64,000 nt of DNA from Gammaproteobacteria bacterium (GTDB taxonomy: Bacteria > Pseudomonadota > Gammaproteobacteria > UBA4575): the NCBI GenBank assembly GCA_033344735.1, contig JAWPMW010000001.1, forward strand, positions 2,270,171-2,334,170. The letters are read 5' to 3'. The notes under the pieces were generated by a model. That model saw only the letters and a list, made by a program, of their open reading frames with translations, ran no database searches and was not told where the DNA came from. Of the stretch, positions 9,491 through 20,710 are shown piece by piece. The position numbers and the translations under genes were made by a program. The stretch's first letter is position 1. Each line of letters opens with the position of its first letter.

Positions 9491-11125
9491 TTATAGTGGT
9501 TTTTGTGCAAAGCGAATACGAAAACAACTGCCTGTTTCAATGGAATTAGAATAAGTTAAGTCACCTCCGTAGCTAAGGCAGAGTTCTCTAGAGATATACA
9601 GGCCTAATCCAGTGCCAGTTGTGCTTGTTGTATAGAATGGCTCGAACAGTTTCTCTTGTTCCACACTATTTATGCCTGGACCGTTATCTACAACATCTAA
9701 GTAGCTTGTGCTGCTTGTGTTATCTGTATATGCGTTTAATGTAATACTTGATTGCTGATTCTTATTTGCAGCATATTTGATAGCATTTGTACATAAATTC
9801 CATAGTACTTGATGGAGGTGATTTATATCCGTGTATACAACTATATCTTCTTCTGCAAGATTAATTTTGCACCAATTTTCATCAACCTCATTGAACTCTT
9901 GAAATTCGCTGACGAATTTATTTAGCCATTGATCTAGCGCAACTGGCTCAATGGAAGCGCTTTCTTTTCTTGATAAACGAAGCACGCTCTCTATAATCTT
10001 ATTTAACCTATTTGTTTGGTCATAAATAATATCTGCTAGCCGTTTATTATCTGCTGATAAATTATCAGATTCATCCAAAAGCTGTGCCGCATGACTGATT
10101 GCACCAAGTGGATTTCTTATTTCATGGGCAATACTAGCCGTTAGTCTACCTAAAGAAGCCAGTTTGCTTTCTTGAATTTGCCTGTTTAAATCTGACGAAT
10201 CAGATATGTATATTACCGAACCCTTGTCTTCGACACGTGCGCCAACTTTTGTTATGCGTGCTCGTAGTGAGGATAAATTTTTTCTTTTGATTTCGAAGAA
10301 GTCTTGACTAGAAATACTAGAATCATTATTGAGCCAGTTGCTATGGATCTCCAGCAATTCTCTAGATGTGTCTCCGAGTTTAATATTTTGAGTGTTTTGA
10401 CGTATACCCAATAATTCTGTTGCTGCCCGATTCATGAGCTTAATCGAATTGTCTTCATCCACGACAATTATTCCGGATTCGATGCGATTGATTAAATGGT
10501 CATTTAATTGAGAAAGATTTGCTAGATCTATACCGCGTTTTTCTGCAAGCGCTGTACTTTCTGTGACCCGTTTTGCTAATGATATTGCAAGAAAAGCGAT
10601 TGCAAATAGAGCAACACCCAACAGACCAGATTGAGTGTAGGATGTGTTAATAATTACACCTGATAAATCCCCATAAAGCTCTTGTAAAATTAGACCTACA
10701 GTCCCATAGGATGCAAACAATAATGCAGTTTGACCTGGTAATAATAGAGAAGCTCCAGCGATAGGGGCTAGAATTAATGTTCCCCAGCCACTATCAATTC
10801 CACCAGCATTTAGAGTAAATAGTGTGGTTAGTATCACATCAACTAATACATTTATATGTACTTGAGTGTTTAGTTTTAATAGTTTGTTGGTGCTAACAAT
10901 GAAAGCAGAAACTGAGTAAATGAGATAAAATGTACTTAAAGAGAAAAATAGCTGACTCGGTTCTATACGCCCAATAAAGCTAATCTCTATAAAATTAAAA
11001 CTAAATAATAATGCTGCGATTATTAAACGATAAGCATTGAGTAGTTGTAATGATCGTGACTGAAGAGATTTTTTTTGGTCGCCTTTGCGGCGAATATGCT
11101 GATTTTTTAAGTTCGAATTAGTCAT
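9491..11125 (-). CDS. pilS: Sensor histidine kinase PilS
   Basis: Six N-terminal TM helices, HisKA (ASIAHEIRNPL) and HATPase_c domains; upstream of pilR. Confidence 0.8.
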   Translation of the reverse strand: MTNSNLKNQHIRRKGDQKKSLQSRSLQLLNAYRLIIAALLFSFNFIEISFIGRIEPSQLFFSLSTFYLIYSVSAFIVSTNKLLKLNTQVHINVLVDVILTTLFTLNAGGIDSGWGTLILAPIAGASLLLPGQTALLFASYGTVGLILQELYGDLSGVIINTSYTQSGLLGVALFAIAFLAISLAKRVTESTALAEKRGIDLANLSQLNDHLINRIESGIIVVDEDNSIKLMNRAATELLGIRQNTQNIKLGDTSRELLEIHSNWLNNDSSISSQDFFEIKRKNLSSLRARITKVGARVEDKGSVIYISDSSDLNRQIQESKLASLGRLTASIAHEIRNPLGAISHAAQLLDESDNLSADNKRLADIIYDQTNRLNKIIESVLRLSRKESASIEPVALDQWLNKFVSEFQEFNEVDENWCKINLAEEDIVVYTDINHLHQVLWNLCTNAIKYAANKNQQSSITLNAYTDNTSSTSYLDVVDNGPGINSVEQEKLFEPFYTTSTTGTGLGLYISRELCLSYGGDLTYSNSIETGSCFRIRFAQKPL

Positions 11126-11200
11126 GCAGCATTTAGATGTGATAAACAGGCTATTATAGTAGCAAGGTTTTTCAACTATATCATTTACTCAACAACTATA

Positions 11201-12868
11201 TTGTTGTTACTTATAGATGAGGTTTCTTTGTCAAATTCAAGTTTAAAGATTGCTATCAGTCAGCTTAATTTCTTGGTGGGTGATGTGGAGGGTAATTGCG
11301 AGAAAATTATCACCAGTATTCGAGATGCCAAGTCACGCTTAAATGTTGATTGCATTATATTTAGCGAGCTTGCATTGACTGGCTATCCACCTGAAGATTT
11401 ATTGTATAGGTCTAACGTGCTGCGTCGTGTTGAAATGGCCATTTCTAAAATAGAGGAGGAAACAGCTGGAATAACGGTTATTTTGGGGTCGCCCTGGACT
11501 GAAGATGATACACAATATAATGCAGCCATTGTAATTCAAGACAATCATGTGTTAGCAAAGTACTACAAAATAGCACTACCCAACTACGATGTATTCGATG
11601 AAAAGAGATATTTTGTTTCAGGTGCTAGCGCATGTGTAGTCGATATAAAAGGTGTGTTGTTGGGCTTGACTATTTGTGAAGATATATGGAGTGCTGAGCC
11701 TGCGAGATTAACAGCAGAAGCTGGTGCGCAAGTAGTCATCAATATAAATGCAAGCCCATACCATGTTGGGAAACAAGTTCAAAGAGAGTCTGAAGTAGCT
11801 AAGAGGGTCCAGGAAAATGATTTGCCAGTGATTTACGTTAATCAAGTTGGCGGGCAAGATGAACTAGTGTTTGATGGTGGTTCATTTGCTATGGACCGGC
11901 ATCAAAATATTGTGATAAGAGCTTTTGAATGTGAGCAGAATTTGTCATTGGTCGAGTTTGATAAAAATGTTGAGGACTTGGTAATGCATCGACCCGTTCG
12001 TCCTTTAAGAAGTGATCATGAAACTGTTTATAAAGTGCTAGTTTATGGGCTTCAGGAATATGTTAATAAAAATGGATTTAATGGTGGGTTAATTGGTCTT
12101 TCGGGAGGAATAGATTCTGCGCTTGTATTGGCATTGGCGGTGGATGCATTGGGTGCTGAGAAAGTGCACGCAGTAATGATGCCATCCAAATACACCTCAG
12201 AAATGAGTTTAGAAGATGCACGAGAATTGGCGCAAAATTTCGGTGTTAAATATTCTGTAGTAGAAATAGATAGCTTGGTAAATGCTTTTGAAGGCTCTCT
12301 TGGATCTTTGTTTGATGGCGTTAAGAAAGATACGACAGAAGAGAATATTCAAGCACGAATACGGGGTGTATTATTAATGGCGCTTTCAAATAAATTTGGC
12401 CAAATGGTAATTTCTACCGGCAATAAAAGTGAAATGGCAGTGGGCTATGCAACACTTTATGGGGATATGGCTGGTGGTTATGCGCCATTAAAAGATGTGC
12501 CAAAGACATTGGTGTATGAGTTGGCAAATTATCGAAATAAATTAGCTAACGTCATTCCGAACAGAATTATTGATCGGCCGCCGAGTGCAGAATTAGCGCC
12601 TAATCAAAAAGATGAAGATAGCTTGCCACCTTATGATGAGCTTGATGAAATTCTGAAGATGTTTATTGAGCAAGATAAAAGCCGTAATGAAATTGTGTCG
12701 CAGGGTTTTGATGAAGAAACGGTGTCACGTGTTATCAAAATGGTATTTCAAAATGAATATAAACGTCGCCAAGCCCCACCAGGAATTAAAATTACTAAGC
12801 GAGCATTTGGTAAAGATCGTCGATATCCGATCACGTCGGGCGTACTTAGATATTTGAATAATGATTAA
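11201..12868 (+). CDS. nadE: Glutamine-dependent NAD+ synthetase (nitrilase domain + NAD synthetase domain)
   Basis: CN-hydrolase N-domain; SGGIDSA PP-loop. Likely true start is the TTG at 11228 (GAGG 7 nt upstream), giving MSNSSLKIAISQLN. Confidence 0.85.
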   Translation: MLLLIDEVSLSNSSLKIAISQLNFLVGDVEGNCEKIITSIRDAKSRLNVDCIIFSELALTGYPPEDLLYRSNVLRRVEMAISKIEEETAGITVILGSPWTEDDTQYNAAIVIQDNHVLAKYYKIALPNYDVFDEKRYFVSGASACVVDIKGVLLGLTICEDIWSAEPARLTAEAGAQVVININASPYHVGKQVQRESEVAKRVQENDLPVIYVNQVGGQDELVFDGGSFAMDRHQNIVIRAFECEQNLSLVEFDKNVEDLVMHRPVRPLRSDHETVYKVLVYGLQEYVNKNGFNGGLIGLSGGIDSALVLALAVDALGAEKVHAVMMPSKYTSEMSLEDARELAQNFGVKYSVVEIDSLVNAFEGSLGSLFDGVKKDTTEENIQARIRGVLLMALSNKFGQMVISTGNKSEMAVGYATLYGDMAGGYAPLKDVPKTLVYELANYRNKLANVIPNRIIDRPPSAELAPNQKDEDSLPPYDELDEILKMFIEQDKSRNEIVSQGFDEETVSRVIKMVFQNEYKRRQAPPGIKITKRAFGKDRRYPITSGVLRYLNND

Positions 12869-13749
12869 TTGCAGTAGTACGTTTTTAAATTGAGTTTTTC
12901 TAATACTCTATCCCATACATTTGTTGCGCAACTTATCTTGGTTGTAGCGTAGTTTGGGTCTAGTAATTTACCATCTTTTCCTAGAAAGTTAGCGGCGTAT
13001 ACTTTGCGAGTGTCATAGGCTAAGTCATTAATGCCTAATTGCCGATATGCAAGTTCAAGTGTGTAAACAGCTTGAGGCATTGCGGGTGCTCCTTGATATT
13101 TTTCCATAACATACTTAGCGCGATTGGCGGCAGCAACATAAGCACCTCTGCGCATGTAAAAATCTGCAACTGTTAGCTCATATTCTGCTAATTCATTGCG
13201 TAAATATATCATGCGTTGCTTGGCATCTTCCGCATAATAGCTATCTGGGAATTTCTGTATTAAATTATTGAAAATGTCAAAAGATGCCATTAGAGGTGCC
13301 GGATCTTTATCTGAAGGATTACGAGGCAGTATGTAGTTTAAAAATGACTTGCTTTTATCGAAATTGGCCAAGCCTTTCATATAGTGTGCATAATCCACAT
13401 TGGGATGCTGTGGATTTAGTTTGATAAAACGGTCAGCACTACTGATTGATGCATCCATATTGCTTTGTCGATAGTAGAGAAAAGTAAGTTCAAGTTGAGC
13501 TTGTTGTGCATAGCGACCGAATGGATAGCGTGATTCTAAAAGTGTATAGCTTTCGATAGCATCTGCGAATTGATTTCTCTGCATCTCACCATTCGCTTTT
13601 TGGTAAAGTTGACGTGCAGATATGTCCTCACTTATCGTAGGATCTTCATCTTCATCATCGCCAAATAATCCTTTGACGGTCGAGCAACCTGATATCAGGA
13701 TCAGGCATAGGATACAAATTAATTGCAAATATCGAATGTTATGGAACAT
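12865..13749 (-). CDS. bamD: Outer membrane protein assembly factor BamD (lipoprotein, TPR)
   Basis: Lipobox LISGCS; TPR repeats; divergent from rluD as in conserved bamD-rluD-pgeF-clpB synteny. Confidence 0.8.
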   Translation of the reverse strand: MFHNIRYLQLICILCLILISGCSTVKGLFGDDEDEDPTISEDISARQLYQKANGEMQRNQFADAIESYTLLESRYPFGRYAQQAQLELTFLYYRQSNMDASISSADRFIKLNPQHPNVDYAHYMKGLANFDKSKSFLNYILPRNPSDKDPAPLMASFDIFNNLIQKFPDSYYAEDAKQRMIYLRNELAEYELTVADFYMRRGAYVAAANRAKYVMEKYQGAPAMPQAVYTLELAYRQLGINDLAYDTRKVYAANFLGKDGKLLDPNYATTKISCATNVWDRVLEKLNLKTYYCN

Positions 13750-13811
13750 GTTAGATAAAAAGTTAATTATTTTAATGGTAAGTATACATTACACAGGCGT
13801 TTACTAGCGAT

Positions 13812-14768
13812 ATGTCTGAGCAAATTAAGCAAACAATAGTGATTCCCATGGATCATGCTGGGTTAAGACTTGACCGTTCGCTAGCAATGTTATTCCCTGA
13901 ATACTCTCGTGCCAAGATACAGTCTTGGATTACTCAAGAATTAGTCACTGTGAATGGCAAATTCCAAGTTGGGCGATTTAGTGTTACAGGGGGTGAGGAG
14001 GTTGAGTTACACCCCGTTCAGGAAGACCAAAATACTCAACATCTTGCTGAGAATATCCCCATCAATATTGTTTTTGAAGATGAACATATTATTGTGATCA
14101 ATAAGCCAGTAGGCTTAGTAGTGCATCCTGGAGCGGGCAATCACACTGGGACACTAATGAATGCATTGCTTCATCATGATAAGAAGCAGTCGTCTTTGCC
14201 ACGCGCAGGGATTGTTCATCGTTTAGATAAAGATACTAGTGGAGTAATGGTTGTAGCAAAATCTTTGGTTGCCCACGCAGCGTTAACTAATATGTTACAA
14301 GAGCGCAAAGTGGAGCGACGTTATTATGCTGTTGTACGTGGGCAGATGATTTCTGGTGGGACGATTGACAAACCTATTGGTCGTCACCCACATGATCGGA
14401 CTAAAATGGCGATATCTGAAAAAGGTAAGCCAGCATGTACGCATTACAAAATAGTAGAGAAGTTTAAACGTCATACATGGGTTGAAGCTAAATTAGAAAC
14501 CGGACGTACTCATCAAATTCGAGTGCATTTTTCTGCAATTAAATATCCACTCATAGGTGATGCAGTGTATGCGCCACGTATGCAAAGAGTAGCGAATGTG
14601 CCGGAAGAACTAAATGAATGTTTATGCTCATTTCCTCGCCAAGCATTGCATGCCTTTGAGCTTGCTTTTGAGCATCCTATAACACATAAAGCAATGAAAT
14701 GGAGTACTGATATGCCTGATGACATGCAGGGTTTGTTAGAGACACTTAGACAACACACTTCTTTATGA
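13812..14768 (+). CDS. rluD: 23S rRNA pseudouridine synthase RluD
   Basis: S4 domain plus RluA-family catalytic motif HRLDKDTSG. Confidence 0.85.
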   Translation: MSEQIKQTIVIPMDHAGLRLDRSLAMLFPEYSRAKIQSWITQELVTVNGKFQVGRFSVTGGEEVELHPVQEDQNTQHLAENIPINIVFEDEHIIVINKPVGLVVHPGAGNHTGTLMNALLHHDKKQSSLPRAGIVHRLDKDTSGVMVVAKSLVAHAALTNMLQERKVERRYYAVVRGQMISGGTIDKPIGRHPHDRTKMAISEKGKPACTHYKIVEKFKRHTWVEAKLETGRTHQIRVHFSAIKYPLIGDAVYAPRMQRVANVPEELNECLCSFPRQALHAFELAFEHPITHKAMKWSTDMPDDMQGLLETLRQHTSL

Positions 14769-15502
14769 ACATGCGGCTGATTGAGCCTAATTGGCCATTG
14801 CAAGGTAAAGTTACTGCATTCACTACAACCAGAGTCGGAGGATGTAGTGCGAGTCCATACGATGAGTTTAATCTTGCACTGCATGTTGGTGATAAGAAAC
14901 AAGATGTATTGAGAAACCGCCATCAACTAGATGAGTTTCTTGGTGTGGATTATACAACAAAATGGCTGAGACAAACTCATAGTACAATCACTGTAGATGC
15001 ATCTGTTATCGATGCTGATGTCATTGAGGCAGATGCATCGTTCACAAGTTGCAAGAACATTGCTTGTGCCGTGTTGACGGCAGATTGCTTGCCATTGTTG
15101 TTTTCTGATGAAAAAGGAGAATGTGTCGGCGCGACTCATGCTGGTTGGCGAGGGCTGGTGGACGGTGTTATAGAAAGTACTATCGGCGCAATGTCGCAAA
15201 TAAAAAAGCCAGAATATGTCTGGTTAGGGCCCGCCATTGGTCCCGATGCATTTGAAGTGGGGAGCGATGTTTTTGAGGCTTACATGTTACGTAATAATGA
15301 ATTTGAGCGATGCTTTAAAGTTAAAGAATCAGGTAAGTGGATACTTAACATTTATCAAGCCGCAAAGATTGTTCTCAAAGCGGCCGATATAGAAAATATA
15401 TATGGTGGGGACTATTGCACTTACGGTGACGAGCAGCAATTTTTTTCATATCGGCGTAATTCAGTGACAGGAAGAATGGCAACAATTATTGCTCGACATT
15501 AG
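14765..15502 (+). CDS. pgeF: Purine nucleoside phosphorylase / laccase-domain protein PgeF (YfiH)
   Basis: YfiH/DUF152 family; 4-bp overlap with rluD; conserved position before clpB. Confidence 0.8.
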   Translation: MNMRLIEPNWPLQGKVTAFTTTRVGGCSASPYDEFNLALHVGDKKQDVLRNRHQLDEFLGVDYTTKWLRQTHSTITVDASVIDADVIEADASFTSCKNIACAVLTADCLPLLFSDEKGECVGATHAGWRGLVDGVIESTIGAMSQIKKPEYVWLGPAIGPDAFEVGSDVFEAYMLRNNEFERCFKVKESGKWILNIYQAAKIVLKAADIENIYGGDYCTYGDEQQFFSYRRNSVTGRMATIIARH

Positions 15503-15511
15503 AAATTTGCC

Positions 15512-15542
15512 CTTGAAGTTACTCATAGCTACCCCCAAATAT
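15512..15542 (+). promoter_or_regulatory. Candidate sigma-32 (RpoH) heat-shock promoter of clpB
   Basis: CTTGAA (-35), 14-nt spacer, CCCCCAAATAT (-10 resembling CCCCATNT), ~30 nt upstream of the clpB ATG. Confidence 0.55.
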
Positions 15543-15571
15543 AGATCATCTTGAATGAATATTTGAAGCAT

Positions 15572-18148
15572 ATGAGAACAGATAAGCTAACTACAACCTT
15601 TCAATCAGTCTTGCAAGAAGCGCAGTCTTTAGCTGTGCGTCAAAGTCATCAAATGCTAGAAGCATCGCATGTATTGTTAGCCATGCTCGAGCATCAAGGC
15701 AGTGGTGTTTACAACATTTATGCAAATGCAGGGATTGATGTAGATCAATTATCTTCTCGATTGCAGCAGCAAATTGAATCTTTACCTCAAGTTAGTGGTG
15801 TGGGCGGAGAAGTTCATGTGTCTTCAAGTTTGTCGGGCTTGTTAAATCTTACAGAAAAAATTGCTCACGAATGGGGTGATGAATACATTGCATGCGAAGC
15901 ATTTGCACTGGCAGTGTTAGAAGATAAGCATGCTGTCGGTGAAGTATTAAAGCAGTTAGGCGCGAATAAATCTAATGTACAAAAGGCAATTAAAAAATTA
16001 CGCAAAGGCGAAGCTGTGAATAGCCAGAATCAAGAGGAACAACGCGATGCCTTGGATAAATATACAGTTGATTTAACTGAGCGTGCAGAACAGGGTAAAT
16101 TAGATCCGGTCATTGGTCGAGATGATGAAATTCGACGCTCAATTCAAGTATTGCAGAGACGTACTAAAAATAATCCGGTATTAATCGGTGAGCCGGGTGT
16201 AGGTAAAACTGCGATTGTTGAAGGCTTGGCACAAAGAATTGTTGATGGAGAAGTGCCAGAAGGAATTAAAGGTAAACGACTACTTTCTTTAGACTTAAGT
16301 GCACTAATTGCTGGTGCAAAATTTCGTGGTGAATTTGAAGAACGCTTAAAAGCGGTTTTGAATGATTTGGCCAAACAAGAAGGGCAAATTATATTATTTA
16401 TCGATGAATTGCATACTATGGTTGGTGCGGGTAAAGCAGAAGGTGCGATGGATGCAGGTAATATGTTGAAGCCAGCATTAGCAAGAGGTGAGCTACATTG
16501 TTTGGGCGCAACAACGCTAGATGAGTATCGTGAATATATCGAAAAAGATGCAGCGCTGGAAAGACGTTTTCAACAAATTATTGTAGATGAGCCTTCGGTA
16601 GAAGATACCATAGCCATTCTGCGCGGACTTAAAGAACGTTACGAATTACACCATGGTGTCGAGATTACTGATCCTGCTATTGTGGCGGCAGCAACATTGT
16701 CGCATCGATATATTTCTGGCCGTCAGCTACCAGATAAGGCCATTGACTTAGTTGATGAAGCTGCTTCAAAGATTCGCATGGAAATCGATTCTAAGCCAGA
16801 GCAAATGGACAGAATGGACAGGCGTCTTATTCAGTTGAAAATTGAACGCGAAGCGTTGAAAAAAGAGTCTGATGATGCATCACTTAAGCGTTTAGAGATT
16901 CTTGAAGATGAAATAAAGCAGCTATCAAAAAGTTATTCAGACTTGGAAGAAATTTGGAATGCTGATAAGGCAACATTGCAAGGAACGCATCACGTTAAAG
17001 AAGAGCTAGAACAGGCGCGGATTCAACTCGATTCTGCACGCCGCTCAGGAGATTTGGCAAAAATGTCTGAGTTGCAATATGGCGTAATTCCAAATTTAGA
17101 GAAAAAAATTCAGGATGCTGCAGGTAACGAAAATAGGCAGACACAGTTATTGAGAAATAATGTCAGCGACAATGAAATCGCTGAAGTCGTCTCTAAATGG
17201 ACAGGCATTCCCGTTACTAAAATGCTTTCAGGTGAGCAACAAAAATTATTGGAGATGGAAAGTTATCTTCAACGTAGAGTGGTTGGCCAAAATGAAGCAA
17301 TTACAGCGGTATCAAATGCAGTCAGGCGATCTCGTGCTGGCTTGGCTGATCCCAATCGACCCAATGGCTCATTTTTAATGTTAGGTCCAACCGGTGTGGG
17401 TAAGACAGAACTGACTAAAGCGCTCACGGAATTTTTATTCGATACTGAAGAAGCAATTGTTCGCATCGATATGTCAGAATTTATGGAGAAGCACTCTGTT
17501 GCTCGGCTAGTTGGCGCACCACCAGGTTATGTTGGTTATGAGGAAGGTGGTTATTTAACTGAGGCTGTTAGGCGTAAACCGTATAGTGTCGTGTTACTTG
17601 ATGAAGTAGAGAAAGCGCACCCAGACGTGTTTAATATTCTACTTCAAGTGTTAGATGATGGTCGTTTAACTGATGGGCACGGGCGCACAGTAGACTTTCG
17701 AAATACAGTGATAGTGATGACATCTAACCTTGGGAGTGATCGCATACAAGAATTATCGGCATCTCAGAACTATGATGAAATCAAGTCAACAGTGATGGAA
17801 GTTGTAGGGCAACATTTTAGGCCTGAGTTTATAAATCGAATTGACGACACTATAGTATTTAAGCCATTAACTAAGCAGCAAATTCAAGAAATTGCTAGGA
17901 TTCAGTTGAACCGATTACAGCAGCGATTAACAGAGCGTGAAATAAGTATCGAGATATCAGATGAGGCACTTGCGTATCTGGGTAATGCTGGTTTTGATCC
18001 AATCTACGGAGCGCGGCCATTAAAAAGAGCAATACAGCAATACTTAGAAGATGCGTTAGCAAGAGATTTGTTGCAGGGTAAATATATCTCAGGTGATGTA
18101 ATACAAGTTGAGATTAAGGATGGCAGTCTAAGTTTTTGTAAAAAGTAA
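15572..18148 (+). CDS. clpB: ATP-dependent chaperone ClpB
   Basis: Two AAA+ modules ([16 protein letters not shown]) and coiled-coil M domain. Start set to [11 protein letters not shown] (track ORF begins at TTG 15551). Confidence 0.9.
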   Translation: MRTDKLTTTFQSVLQEAQSLAVRQSHQMLEASHVLLAMLEHQGSGVYNIYANAGIDVDQLSSRLQQQIESLPQVSGVGGEVHVSSSLSGLLNLTEKIAHEWGDEYIACEAFALAVLEDKHAVGEVLKQLGANKSNVQKAIKKLRKGEAVNSQNQEEQRDALDKYTVDLTERAEQGKLDPVIGRDDEIRRSIQVLQRRTKNNPVLIGEPGVGKTAIVEGLAQRIVDGEVPEGIKGKRLLSLDLSALIAGAKFRGEFEERLKAVLNDLAKQEGQIILFIDELHTMVGAGKAEGAMDAGNMLKPALARGELHCLGATTLDEYREYIEKDAALERRFQQIIVDEPSVEDTIAILRGLKERYELHHGVEITDPAIVAAATLSHRYISGRQLPDKAIDLVDEAASKIRMEIDSKPEQMDRMDRRLIQLKIEREALKKESDDASLKRLEILEDEIKQLSKSYSDLEEIWNADKATLQGTHHVKEELEQARIQLDSARRSGDLAKMSELQYGVIPNLEKKIQDAAGNENRQTQLLRNNVSDNEIAEVVSKWTGIPVTKMLSGEQQKLLEMESYLQRRVVGQNEAITAVSNAVRRSRAGLADPNRPNGSFLMLGPTGVGKTELTKALTEFLFDTEEAIVRIDMSEFMEKHSVARLVGAPPGYVGYEEGGYLTEAVRRKPYSVVLLDEVEKAHPDVFNILLQVLDDGRLTDGHGRTVDFRNTVIVMTSNLGSDRIQELSASQNYDEIKSTVMEVVGQHFRPEFINRIDDTIVFKPLTKQQIQEIARIQLNRLQQRLTEREISIEISDEALAYLGNAGFDPIYGARPLKRAIQQYLEDALARDLLQGKYISGDVIQVEIKDGSLSFCKK

Positions 18149-18149
18149 T

Positions 18150-18992
18150 TTAGCTATTAGATATTTTCAACAGAATTTTGTCTAGGTGTTTGCTGCTTAA
18201 TGCACGTTTTAAATAACCTAAAGCATATGTTGGCTTAGTGACGTAGTAACGTGCTTTTGGCTGACTGCTTTCAAGGGCGTGAATGACTTTGGGTGTTATT
18301 GCAGAGGCGGGAAGGGTAAAAGGTGCTGCTGCACCTTTTTTAAGTAAACGTTTTTCTGAATTTAAATATTCTAGTTTAAACGGGCTGCTATCTCGATCGA
18401 CATATTTTTTATACATCTGATAGCTATTAGCTCTAAATTTGGTTTCTATTGGGCCAGGTTCAATTAAACATGTTGATATCTTTGTATCCTCTAGCTCTAA
18501 CCTTAATGTATCTGCAAATCCTTCGATTGCATATTTACTCGCTGTGTAAGCGCCTCTGAATTTTAATGCGATAAATCCGAGGATAGAACTGTTGAAAATA
18601 ATGCGTCCCATGTTTTGTTGGCGCATTATAGGTATGGCTAAATTTGTCAGCTCCATGGTGCCAATTACATTGGTTTCAAACTGTAAAGTCATTGCTTCGC
18701 GCGTAAGGTCTTCTACAGCGCCTGCTTGTCCATAAGCTCCATTATTAAATAATCCGTAAAGTGAGCCTTGTGAGTATTCTAGGCAAGCTTCAAAAGCATT
18801 TTGAATACTTTGAGAGTCTGTTAAATCAAGTTGTAAACAAAATATACCTTCCTTGTTTAGGCGTTTTACATCTGCATTATTTCGAGCGCTTGCTATCACT
18901 TGATAACCATGTTTACTCAAGTCTTTTGCAACTTGATAGCCAATACCTGACGAACACCCGGTAATTAATATTGAACGTTTATGAGAAGACAT
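18150..18992 (-). CDS. SDR-family short-chain dehydrogenase/reductase
   Basis: TGCSSGIGYQVA Rossmann motif; YxxxK catalytic motif. Confidence 0.8.
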   Translation of the reverse strand: MSSHKRSILITGCSSGIGYQVAKDLSKHGYQVIASARNNADVKRLNKEGIFCLQLDLTDSQSIQNAFEACLEYSQGSLYGLFNNGAYGQAGAVEDLTREAMTLQFETNVIGTMELTNLAIPIMRQQNMGRIIFNSSILGFIALKFRGAYTASKYAIEGFADTLRLELEDTKISTCLIEPGPIETKFRANSYQMYKKYVDRDSSPFKLEYLNSEKRLLKKGAAAPFTLPASAITPKVIHALESSQPKARYYVTKPTYALGYLKRALSSKHLDKILLKISNS

Positions 18993-19046
18993 GTAGTTAT
19001 TTAATATAAGAGATTCTAAGTGTTACGTCAGCACTAAAATGCAGAC

Positions 19047-19077
19047 GAAAAAAAACCGGGCTAAAAAGCCCGGTTTT
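19047..19077 (-). terminator. Rho-independent terminator after the substrate-binding-protein gene
   Basis: A-run, CCGGGCT-aaaa-AGCCCGG hairpin, T-run; perfect bidirectional terminator. Confidence 0.8.
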
Positions 19078-19100
19078 AATTTGATTACGAAGTCGACTTC

Positions 19101-20444
19101 TTAAAGGTCGAAGTCATCGTCGTTGTTGCTTGCATCACAAGGACGTCTCTCGATGCCATTGTCTGCTGCATACTTCTCTGCACCTGCATCAATGATTGCT
19201 TGTGATAATGGTACATCACCTTCAATCCAATCTGACACAATGTTCCACTGACGTGCACTCGCATCCCATTGCTGGAATTTCGCTAAGTGACCGCCTACAT
19301 GGTCCATACAGCTCAAGTTCAACTCAGGCACTAAGCCAGTTGCGCCTAACTCTTCAATGCGTGCTGCAGTTAGAGTTAAGTTCTCAAAGCCCCAACGAGC
19401 TTCTGAGCTAGTTAACGCACGGTTACCAAATCGCTCTTGAGCAATTCTTAGTGCTTCTGTGTGAACAACACCAGCTAGTACACCTAAGTTCCAATATACA
19501 GAACCTAAACGTGACTTATCCTGAAGGTCGCCGTTACCTGCGCCATACACGTCAGAAATGATGTCTTGAACCACTTTGAAGTCTGTGCCCGCAGGGTGAG
19601 TTGTAATCGCTTGGTAGCCATCTGCTGCACTACCTGCTGGAATTACGTCCTCATCTGAGTTAGACCAGATGTTTCCGATTAATCGGCTTACTGGATAACC
19701 CATACGCTTAGCAGTCTGCATAGCCACTGGATTCATCACACCCCAGCCACGTAGTAATACGTAGTCAGGCTTTGATTTACGAATCTTCAACCATTGTGAT
19801 TGCTGCTCGTTACCTGGGTGAGGTACTTCGATTGCTTCATGTGAACATCCGTGCTTCTCACACATGCTGTCCATGAAATCAATTGCTTCACGACCATACG
19901 GTGATCCGTGGAACAACATCGCAATCTTCTTACCTTTAAGATTGCTCATGCCACCTTCTAAACCACCAATGTAGTGCACCATAATTGAGTGCTCATCATA
20001 TGTGTTGATGCCTGGCATAAAGTAGTATGGGAAAATATCGCCACGTTGACCGGCTGTTTTACCATGGTTCACTGCGATGATTGGCATCTTGTCTGCGCGA
20101 CCTGTTTCGATCAATGCAGTTGAGATACCTACTGATAGTGGATCAAAAAATACAGCGCCACCTTCACGATCTTTCAATCGCTTGTAGCACTCTACTCCAC
20201 GCTCTACTGAATACTCAGTTTCACACTCAGACCAAATTAGCTTAACTCCGCCGATACCGCCACGTGAGTTCAACAAATTATAATAGTCTAAGATTCCACC
20301 AAAATATCCTGTACCACCCGCTGCATATGGGCCCACACGATAACTTGGGATTGGAACGTACATCGTATCTTCTGCTACGACTACGCTACTGGTGCTGACC
20401 ATCGCAAATAATGCGGCTGCCAGTATCATTACTCTCGTCTTCAT
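19101..20444 (-). CDS. Periplasmic ABC-transporter substrate-binding protein, LivK/amide-binding (type I PBP) family; orphan
   Basis: Signal peptide MKTRVMILAAALFAMVSTSSVVVA; type I PBP fold-like sequence; no permease or ATPase genes adjacent. Confidence 0.6.
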   Translation of the reverse strand: MKTRVMILAAALFAMVSTSSVVVAEDTMYVPIPSYRVGPYAAGGTGYFGGILDYYNLLNSRGGIGGVKLIWSECETEYSVERGVECYKRLKDREGGAVFFDPLSVGISTALIETGRADKMPIIAVNHGKTAGQRGDIFPYYFMPGINTYDEHSIMVHYIGGLEGGMSNLKGKKIAMLFHGSPYGREAIDFMDSMCEKHGCSHEAIEVPHPGNEQQSQWLKIRKSKPDYVLLRGWGVMNPVAMQTAKRMGYPVSRLIGNIWSNSDEDVIPAGSAADGYQAITTHPAGTDFKVVQDIISDVYGAGNGDLQDKSRLGSVYWNLGVLAGVVHTEALRIAQERFGNRALTSSEARWGFENLTLTAARIEELGATGLVPELNLSCMDHVGGHLAKFQQWDASARQWNIVSDWIEGDVPLSQAIIDAGAEKYAADNGIERRPCDASNNDDDFDL

Positions 20445-20710
20445 ATTTTTACTCCTGTTAAGAAAAATGGAAGTGTTTAAGTGTTTACTTTAAATTGCTA
20501 ATTATTATTGCATGCAGCGTTAACTACACACGTCTTATTAAACACCTACTGAAAGGAACAACAGATGTCATGAGTCGCAGTTTATTCGCAAAATGACAGG
20601 AATGCCAACATAAAATGTCTTGTATATTAGTAAATTAGAGTATTGTGAATTTGTAGTTCCGTAACTCTAAAAATTAGTGTGTGAACTTATTCTGTCGAGA
20701 CTAATTGAAT

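Noticed and set aside
9480-9527. 16-codon N-terminal extension of PilR overlapping pilS
   Set aside because: The REC domain begins at MVKNILIVDDEPD; the extension is an artefact of longest-ORF calling.
9167-9549. Two plus-strand ORFs (66 and 76 aa) inside pilR/pilS
   Set aside because: Antisense to strongly supported coding sequence.
12666-12857. 63-aa ORF in an alternative frame within the nadE 3' end
   Set aside because: Same-strand out-of-frame overlap with a well-supported gene; no independent signals.
14513-15199. Minus-strand ORFs of 137 and 90 aa antisense to rluD/pgeF
   Set aside because: Shadow ORFs; Cys/His-rich translation is typical of antisense reading of coding DNA.
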